A DNA stretch of 64,000 nucleotides from an uncultured Planctomycetota bacterium (GTDB lineage Bacteria; Planctomycetota; PLA2; JAEUHO01), in the NCBI GenBank assembly GCA_963752285.1, contig CAVVXN010000005.1, positions 1,344,001 to 1,408,000 of the forward strand, written 5' to 3'. Of the stretch, positions 58,301 to 64,000 are shown in pieces. Below the pieces are notes generated by a model. The model had not been told where the DNA came from and made no database searches. It saw only the letters and a program-made list of their open reading frames with translations. The translations under genes were made by a program, and so were the position numbers. Every line of letters begins with the position of its first letter. Position 1 is the first letter of the stretch.

Positions 58301-59823
58301 CGCTCCGCGTCGAGTTCCATCGCGGGCACGGGGTCGCGCCCGCCGTCGTGGTCGGGATCGAGGTCCACGGACCACGTGTACCCCCCGTCGGTCTCCCCGC
58401 CCTCCCCCCCGCCCGAGAGGCGCAGGGCCTCGGACTCGTGCGGCGCGTCCGTCCAGCCGTCCTTCCCGACGCCTCCCGTCGCGCGAAGCGACAGCCCCGG
58501 CGTCCCGCCGTCGGGGTCGTAGGGCACCGTGCGCTCCGCGGCGGGCAGGTGCGCGTACGGGGGCGCGGAGGAGAGCGTCCCCTCGGTCGTGAGGCCCGGG
58601 TCGAGCGCCAGGAGGGCGGCGGGCGCGAACGACAGGTCGAAGGTGCGCCACGCGTGCTGGCCGTACGCGTCCGGCAGCACGGTGCTCCTCACGTGCGCGT
58701 GCACGCGAAAGGTCCCGCGACGCCGTGGGACGCCGTGCCACCGTCCGGTCGTCTCGACGAGCCGGAGCCCTTCGGGCGGGGCGCCCGGCGCGGCCGTCCG
58801 GTAGTCGGGCCCGGCGAGGTCCTCGGGCGGGTACACGGACGCGTCGATCCGCGTGAGCGCGTCCGGCGGATCGACGAGCGGCGGTCCGCCCGGCTCGTAC
58901 ACGACGTCGGCCGTCATCGGCGCGCGCGCGACCGTGTAGTCGTCCGCGGGCGCCGCGCGAACGAGCTCCCGCCAAAACGGCGGCACGCCGCCCTGCACGA
59001 CGATGTCCGCCTCGTACGGCGCGCCTGCGACGCCGTCCGGCAGCGCGGCCGTCACGAACGAGACGGGCGGCGTGTCCACCGTCCACCGGACGGTGAGCCG
59101 CCCCGACCGTCCGCGGGCGTCGGTCGCCTCCAGCGTGAACGTGAACGCGCCGCCCCCCGGCCCGACCTCGACCGGCGCGCCGACGAGGGCGGTCGAGCCG
59201 GCGGGGATCGCGACGCCCAGCGGCAAGGCACCCCCGTCGCCCGACGCGTCGCCGGAAACGACGGCCAGCCGGTACGGCGGTTCCCCGCCCGCGACCACGA
59301 CGGAGACGACGGTCCACTCGTCGTACACCACGGGATCGAGGACCGGGAGCGCGCCCACGGGCGCGTCGTCGGAGGGCCAGGCGAGGGCGGAGGCGCCGTT
59401 CCTCGTCGCGCCGACGATCGCCACGTCGCCCGGCTCGACGGCGACGCGCCACGTCGCGACGCACGACAGGAACGGGTGGGCGCCCAGGTCGAGCACCTCC
59501 AGCGTGAACTGGTAGAGGCCGTCCAAGAGGAGCGTGCCCTCGATCGCGGGCGGGTCGCGCGCGAGGGAGAGGCCGGGCGGGAGCGCGCCCGCGATCCGCC
59601 GCACGAGGTACGGTCCGCCCGCGCCGCCCGAGATCCGGAGGGGCCAGCGGACCCGCTGGCCCGAACGGCACGGCCCGAGCCCGGTACTCGTGACCTGGAA
59701 CGATCCCGAAGGGACCCCCGTCGCGCCCGGCGGCCCGCACGCGACGAGCGTGGCCAGCGCCAGGAGGGGGATCGGCGCGAGACACCGCGCGAAACACCGC
59801 GCGAGGAGGCGAAGACGGCGCAT
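55348..59823 (-). CDS. Large surface lipoprotein with putative Ig (He_PIG-like) domains and probable beta-propeller
   Basis: Lipobox LVAC; repeated GG.PPY...LP.GL/V...G.FTFT motifs; VSPDGRF, VSADGRS, ISDDG and VSPNG blades. Confidence 0.75.
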   Translation of the reverse strand: MRRLRLLARCFARCLAPIPLLALATLVACGPPGATGVPSGSFQVTSTGLGPCRSGQRVRWPLRISGGAGGPYLVRRIAGALPPGLSLARDPPAIEGTLLLDGLYQFTLEVLDLGAHPFLSCVATWRVAVEPGDVAIVGATRNGASALAWPSDDAPVGALPVLDPVVYDEWTVVSVVVAGGEPPYRLAVVSGDASGDGGALPLGVAIPAGSTALVGAPVEVGPGGGAFTFTLEATDARGRSGRLTVRWTVDTPPVSFVTAALPDGVAGAPYEADIVVQGGVPPFWRELVRAAPADDYTVARAPMTADVVYEPGGPPLVDPPDALTRIDASVYPPEDLAGPDYRTAAPGAPPEGLRLVETTGRWHGVPRRRGTFRVHAHVRSTVLPDAYGQHAWRTFDLSFAPAALLALDPGLTTEGTLSSAPPYAHLPAAERTVPYDPDGGTPGLSLRATGGVGKDGWTDAPHESEALRLSGGGEGGETDGGYTWSVDLDPDHDGGRDPVPAMELDAERGLWRATDPDALVPQQPQEIRFTARDEALPLAARQVAGATVLFEVGPDVVIVTESTTSSSATGADTLGLDDAATSIRVLEPFSSGAVLRDPSDAQDLAATHEVPAPAGEGVDLATLLSGIDCLRVSVNPNGWWDDVTGLDPRAARPLQHGDRNAYVPYVGTGYVGATVTTSTLGACQPDATAVELPACTSPDVVDDPATGTYASGGRLFVFDAAERFGVFVIRRDGRIDVPIAFEKTTWVRFGDSWSQPWSSEGTHSLVNLPEMAVSPDGRFAAMKLAQTYDRLENVETTPIVLFTLTGERPAAWGGREWHVVDVGSDGSDAEGRVAFASSLALTDRFAYVLAAGGDVASWSWKEHHVYRIEILSSGSAGALLEPDAYEGWTNAPGRALQTPFERYVEPFTEGPNRPGRSMVGRGGYDATETSLASHPFRVSADGRSIAILAAPAPSGTEGPDVRRYRAWVDQDGTLYPASGTPRRVPRGGGRGYALRDGPEIFPRLDAGSRSGPTPSLEISDDGLSLALVVSRAARLDGDGGGADAGPLARDDVVLLRAADGASWSSGVVEAQVTGSESGAAPVFSGPTVWRFGALAFAREGGGLFFWGGFSAAGPAATEPDAIAGRHRAKSYVGTLYAYDPGRGQVVSILDARDGGASEGAGAVHDAAHPVLGPTAAWSAAGGVVKPVGGFVSPNGCFLYLVNAGALSEEDPSDHALLGVPVRSLDGSRSIGGHPDGRAFRVAGMPGRRGFLPRYGDGPWSYVGIGSARYDATSPAYYGQHAPGGATGAGLQVLGAGTGRVFFVTHEQRQGPLSVGDADEPYEAGGPVRDTAYGDAGHVNGHVAVFDADLGGPVSLLTVPGLGPASSAASRPVVYVEVAPGGGAVAFVYGDGGTVAYYREKVAIVTGIDLDPATGELRGEPTFRALTGERGRAGPEMGFDSTGARLYFSFGPAADENEQQLVRVRVGAAAAEGGPTSYAFPERRYGVLFAGR

Positions 59824-59877
59824 GGAGGCTCCGGAGAGGCAGGGGCTGCCTCCCCATCGCGCGAGCCCCCCGCCCGG

Positions 59878-61302
59878 TCACGTCGTGCGGTCGTTCCTCC
59901 CCGCCCCGCCGAGGCGCGACCGCCAACGCCGCGTCTCGCGGCGCACGTTCGCCGGCGCCGTGCCCCCGACGGCGCGGCGTGCGGCGACGGCGGCCTCCGG
60001 CGTGAGCGCGCGCCGCACGTCGGGAGAGAGCCTCGGGTGGACCGCGCACAGCACGTCGTCCGGGAGGTCCGCGAGCCCGACCCCGCGGCGTTCCGCCTCC
60101 CCCACGAGACGCGCCACGGCGGCGTGCGCCTCGCGGAACGGGACCCCCTGACGGACCAGCCAGTCCGCCGCCTCCGTCGCGAGGAGGTGCCCCCGCGGGT
60201 CGAGGACCGCGGCCCGCATGCGCCCCACGTCGAACGTCACGTCCTCGGCCATCGCCGACGCCACGTCGAGCATCGCCTCCAGCGCGTCCTCGGCCTGGAA
60301 CAGGTGGACCTTGTCCTCCTGGAGGTCCTTCGCGTAGCCGAGGGGGAGGCCGCGCACGAGCTCGAGGAGCGCCGCCTCCGCCTGCTGCACCCGGATGGCC
60401 TGCGCGCGGAGCAGCTCCGCGCCGTCCGGGTTCCGCTTCTGCGGCATGATGCTCGAGCCGGTCGAGACCGCGTCGCCGAGGCGCGCGAACCCGAACTCCG
60501 CGCTGGTCCACAGCACGAGCTCCGCGCCGAACCGAGAGAGCGTCGTGGCGAGGCGCGCCATCGCCCCGGCGAACGCCGTCGCCTCCTGGCGCCCGGACAC
60601 GGACGCGAGGCTGTTCGGCGACGGCCGCGCGAAGCCCAGCGCACGCGCGGTGTCCTTCCGGTCCACCGGGTACGCGACGCCGGCGCCGGCGCCGCTGCCG
60701 AGCGGGCACTCCAGCAGGGGGACGGCGAGCCCCGCGCGGTCCCTGTCGAGCATCTCGACGTACGCGAGGAGCACGTGTCCGAGCAGCACGGGCTGGGCGC
60801 GTTGCAGGTGCGTGTAGAAGGGGAGGATCGCTGCGCCGTCCCGCTCCGCCAGGGTCACGAGCGCGCGTTCGAGCGCGCGGGTCCGCTCGGCCAGGCGCTC
60901 CGACACGGCGCGGAGGTGGAGCAGGAGGTCGGTGGCCACCTGGTCGTTCCGGCTGCGCGCGGTGTGGAGGCGCTTCCCGTCCTCGCCCACGAGCTCCGTG
61001 AGCCGCCGCTCGACGGCCATGTGGACGTCCTCGTCCTCCGGACGCGCGACGAACCGACCCGACGAGAGCTCCGCCGCGACGGCGTCGAGGCCGTCGAGGA
61101 TCCGGCGGACCGCGCCGGCCTCCAGGATCCCGGCGCGCCCGAGCATCGACACGTGCGCGCGGGAGCCCGCGACGTCCTCGGCCCAGAGCCGACGGTCCAC
61201 GTCGAACGACCGGTTCACCCGGTCGAGCGCGGGATGCACCGACTTCGCGAGCCGTCCGCGGGCGAGGCCGCCGCCGTCCGCCCGCCTCCGCTTCCCGCTC
61301 AT
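59878..61302 (-). CDS. argH: Argininosuccinate lyase
   Basis: EDVHM, HTARSRNDQ, YTHLQRAQP, TGSSIMPQKRNPD. Confidence 0.95.
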   Translation of the reverse strand: MSGKRRRADGGGLARGRLAKSVHPALDRVNRSFDVDRRLWAEDVAGSRAHVSMLGRAGILEAGAVRRILDGLDAVAAELSSGRFVARPEDEDVHMAVERRLTELVGEDGKRLHTARSRNDQVATDLLLHLRAVSERLAERTRALERALVTLAERDGAAILPFYTHLQRAQPVLLGHVLLAYVEMLDRDRAGLAVPLLECPLGSGAGAGVAYPVDRKDTARALGFARPSPNSLASVSGRQEATAFAGAMARLATTLSRFGAELVLWTSAEFGFARLGDAVSTGSSIMPQKRNPDGAELLRAQAIRVQQAEAALLELVRGLPLGYAKDLQEDKVHLFQAEDALEAMLDVASAMAEDVTFDVGRMRAAVLDPRGHLLATEAADWLVRQGVPFREAHAAVARLVGEAERRGVGLADLPDDVLCAVHPRLSPDVRRALTPEAAVAARRAVGGTAPANVRRETRRWRSRLGGAGRNDRTT

Positions 61303-62381
61303 CGCGCGTCCTCCCCCGCGCCGCCGGCGCCGAGCCACGCCTCGACGATCTCGCGGTACGCGCGCGCCGCGAGCCGCACCTGCTCCACGGCGACGGACTC
61401 GTCGGGCGCGTGGCTCTGGTCGCTCGTCCCCGGGCCCATCACGACGCCGGGCACGTGACGCACGTGGTAGAGGTCGGAGACCCCGCCGAAGCCGCGGACG
61501 CGCCCGGTGGGGCTCGCCCCCCGGGCCACCTCGAGGATCCGCGCGTCGTCCCGGGTGCGGACGGGCTCGAACCGACGGCTCTTCACCTCCACGTCCGACG
61601 CCGCCACGGAGCGGATGCGCGCGAGCATCTCGTCGTTTCCGCAGCCGGGCGTGGTGCGCCCGTCGAGGTCCACGACGCACTCGCCGGGGACGACGTTCGC
61701 CCGCGTGCCGCCGTGGATCACCGTGGAGACCAGCGTCGCCGGGCCGAGGAGCGGGTCGGCCTCGCCGAGGTCGATCTCGGTGAGGCGGACGACGTCCCGC
61801 GCGGCCTTCTCGATCGCGTTCTCGCCCTCCCACGGCCGCGACGCGTGGCACGCGCGGCCGCGCGCGACGAGCCGCGCGCGGAGCAGCCCGCGCTGACCGG
61901 GGCACACGTCGAGCCCGGTGGGCTCGCCGATCACGGCGGCGGAGAAGGCGGGCAGCGACGGCGCGAGCGCCTCGAGCCCCTCCCCGCCCGTCTCCTCGTC
62001 GCAGACGAGCGCGAGGACCAGCCGCCCCGCGAGCCGCGCCGGGTCCAGCTCCGCCACGGCAAAGGCCATCGCGGCGACGCTCGCCTTCGCGTCGTTCGCG
62101 CCGCGCCCGAAGACGCGTCCGTCCTCGAACGCGCCGTCCCACGGATCGCGCGTCCAGCCGGGCCCGACGGGGACGACGTCCGTGTGCGAGCAGAGGAGGA
62201 GGCCCTCGCCCGGGCCGAGGCCGCCCTCGAGGCGGGCGAGCACGTTCCGGCCGGACGCCTCGGCGGGCACGCCGCGCGCGCGAAGCCACGCGAGGAGGAG
62301 GTCCCGGCACGCGACCTCCTCGCCCGACACCGAGGGGATGCGAACGAGGCTCTGGAGGAGGTCCACGACGCCCTCGCTCAC
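61299..62381 (-). CDS. argE: M20 deacylase, ArgE-like (probably N-acylcitrulline/ornithine deacylase)
   Basis: SHTDVVP, GRGANDAK, DEETGG, GEPT, HAPDE; lies within the arg operon. Confidence 0.85.
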   Translation of the reverse strand: MSEGVVDLLQSLVRIPSVSGEEVACRDLLLAWLRARGVPAEASGRNVLARLEGGLGPGEGLLLCSHTDVVPVGPGWTRDPWDGAFEDGRVFGRGANDAKASVAAMAFAVAELDPARLAGRLVLALVCDEETGGEGLEALAPSLPAFSAAVIGEPTGLDVCPGQRGLLRARLVARGRACHASRPWEGENAIEKAARDVVRLTEIDLGEADPLLGPATLVSTVIHGGTRANVVPGECVVDLDGRTTPGCGNDEMLARIRSVAASDVEVKSRRFEPVRTRDDARILEVARGASPTGRVRGFGGVSDLYHVRHVPGVVMGPGTSDQSHAPDESVAVEQVRLAARAYREIVEAWLGAGGAGEDAR

Positions 62382-63280
62382 ACGATCGTCCCGTCGGGGT
62401 CGGGCTCGATCAGCGTGCCCACGCCGGTCGCGGTGAAGAGCTCGAGGAGGAGCGCGTTCTCGTCGAGGCCCGACAGGATGTGGCCGGCCTCGACGCCGCC
62501 CGCCACGGCGTCCACGATCGTCTCGACCTTCGGGCGCATCCCGCCGACCACGCTGCCCGACGCGAGCGCCCGGCGCGCCTCCGAGACCGTGAGCCTCGAG
62601 ATCACGCTGGACGGGTCGTTCGCGTCCCGGAGCAGGCCGGGGACGCCCGTGAGGCTCAGGAGCTTCGCCGCGCCGAGGTCCTTCGCGATCACGGACGCGA
62701 CCGTGTCGGCGTTCACGTTCAGGACGTTCCCCTCGGCGTCGCCCGCGAGCGAGGAGACGACGGGCACGTAGTCGTGCTCGACGAGGAGCGAGAGGAGCGA
62801 GGTGTCCACGTGGGTCACGTCGCCGACGTGGCCGAAGTCCACCACCTGGCTCTCGCCGGTCTTCGGGTCCCGCACCTCGGTCGGGGGACGGCGCGTCGCA
62901 TGGAGGATGTCGCCGTCCACGCCCGAGAGGCCCACCGCGTGCACGCCCTGCGCGCGCAGCGCCGAGAGCAGGTCGAGGTTGATGCTCCCGGCGAACACCA
63001 TCTTCGCGACGTCCAGCGTGGCCTCGTCCGTGATGCGGCGGCCCTGCACGAGCTTCGGCTCGAGCCCGAGCCGCCGGGACAGCTCCGTCGCCTGCGGGCC
63101 GCCGCCGTGCACGACGACGAGCCGGATGTTCACGTGGGCGAGGAGCGAGACCTCCTGCGCGAACGAGAGGAGCGCGGACGGGTTCGCGGCGATCTCGCCG
63201 CCGAGCTTCACGACCATCTTCCGGCGGCGGTGGCGCCGCAGGAACGGCAGGGCCTCCTTCAGCAGCGAGACGTCCCTCAC
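62378..63280 (-). CDS. argB: Acetylglutamate kinase
   Basis: VVKLGG, VVHGGGPQ, GRRITD, NVNAD, GGMRPK. Confidence 0.93.
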   Translation of the reverse strand: MRDVSLLKEALPFLRRHRRRKMVVKLGGEIAANPSALLSFAQEVSLLAHVNIRLVVVHGGGPQATELSRRLGLEPKLVQGRRITDEATLDVAKMVFAGSINLDLLSALRAQGVHAVGLSGVDGDILHATRRPPTEVRDPKTGESQVVDFGHVGDVTHVDTSLLSLLVEHDYVPVVSSLAGDAEGNVLNVNADTVASVIAKDLGAAKLLSLTGVPGLLRDANDPSSVISRLTVSEARRALASGSVVGGMRPKVETIVDAVAGGVEAGHILSGLDENALLLELFTATGVGTLIEPDPDGTIV

Positions 63281-64000
63281 GAGCCCACCTCCACGCCGAG
63301 CGCGCGGCAGAGCGTGGCCTTCTGCACGTCGAGACGCGCCCCCGCCTCCGCGATCACCAGGCTCGCCTTCGAGTCGAGCACCTCGTCCGTCACGACCACG
63401 CCGCGACGCACGGGGAGGCAGTGGAGGAACACCGCGTCGTCCGTGTCGGCCATGGCCCGCGCGTCCACGATCCAGTCCCGCCGCGCCGCCAGGTCCCGGC
63501 GCGCCGCGTCGAGGTCGCCGTAGCGGCCGCGCGCGCCCCACGACTTCGCGTAGACCACGTGCGCGCCGCGAAGGCCGGCGCCGCGCGTGGTCGTCGTCTC
63601 GACGCGTCCGCCCGCCTCCCGCGCGCGGCGCTCGGCGTCGGCGAGCACCTCCTCGTCGAGCTCGTAGCCCGGCGGGTGCTCGACGACGACCTCGTGGCCG
63701 TCCGTCGCGAAGGCGAGGAGCGCGGCGTGCGGCACCGCGAGGGGCAGCGGGTTCACGTGCGGCGCCCAGCGGATCGCGACCCGGACCTTCCGGCCGCCGA
63801 ACCGGCGTCGGACCGTCAACGCGTCCGCGAGGCCCTGGTGCGGGTGGTCCATCGCCGACTCGAGGCTCAGGACGGGGACGCGCGAGGCCGCGGCCACGCT
63901 CCGGATCACGGGATCGCGCCGGTCCTCCGCGGCGTCCTCGAGCCGCGCGAAGCTCCGGACCCCCAGGAGGTCGAGCATCGTGCCGAGCACGGGGATCCCC
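63277..64000 (-). CDS. argF: N-acyl(acetyl/succinyl)-ornithine carbamoyltransferase ArgF' (5' end outside window)
   Basis: GVRSFA, ESAMDHPHQ, WAPHVNPLPLAVP, YAKSW, HCLPVRR. Confidence 0.88.
   Translation of the reverse strand, partial: GIPVLGTMLDLLGVRSFARLEDAAEDRRDPVIRSVAAASRVPVLSLESAMDHPHQGLADALTVRRRFGGRKVRVAIRWAPHVNPLPLAVPHAALLAFATDGHEVVVEHPPGYELDEEVLADAERRAREAGGRVETTTTRGAGLRGAHVVYAKSWGARGRYGDLDAARRDLAARRDWIVDARAMADTDDAVFLHCLPVRRGVVVTDEVLDSKASLVIAEAGARLDVQKATLCRALGVEVGS

Overview
A very GC-rich (roughly three-quarters G+C by eye), gene-dense bacterial window. A secretin-like protein, a Ser/Thr kinase-FGE fusion and Ig/Kelch lipoproteins suggest a Planctomycetota-like lineage (inference). 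From left to right it holds: (1) a ~14.7 kb minus-strand anaerobic energy operon, korA-korB-hypothetical-rnfB-giant PFOR-like oxidoreductase with a tethered C-terminal ferredoxin-rnfCDGEA-small Cys-rich protein-apbE; (2) a four-gene signalling operon headed by a degenerate MglA-like GTPase fused to a histidine pseudokinase, followed by an intact membrane kinase and two output-less receivers; (3) one uninterrupted ORF joining an HNH-type protein to a radical SAM enzyme; (4) asnA, a glutamine synthetase-family gene, tRNA-Leu(TAG) and a Ser/Thr kinase; (5) a 2-oxoacid dehydrogenase operon with two E1-alpha genes; (6) assorted enzymes and transporters, including queC followed by an adenylate-kinase-like/NDT-like fusion; (7) eno, pgi and a ROK kinase; (8) a 1491-aa surface lipoprotein and the end of an arginine operon that uses an N-acyl-ornithine carbamoyltransferase. 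I saw no CRISPR array, rRNA, integrase or transposase. All calls come from motif recognition by eye; no database search was run.
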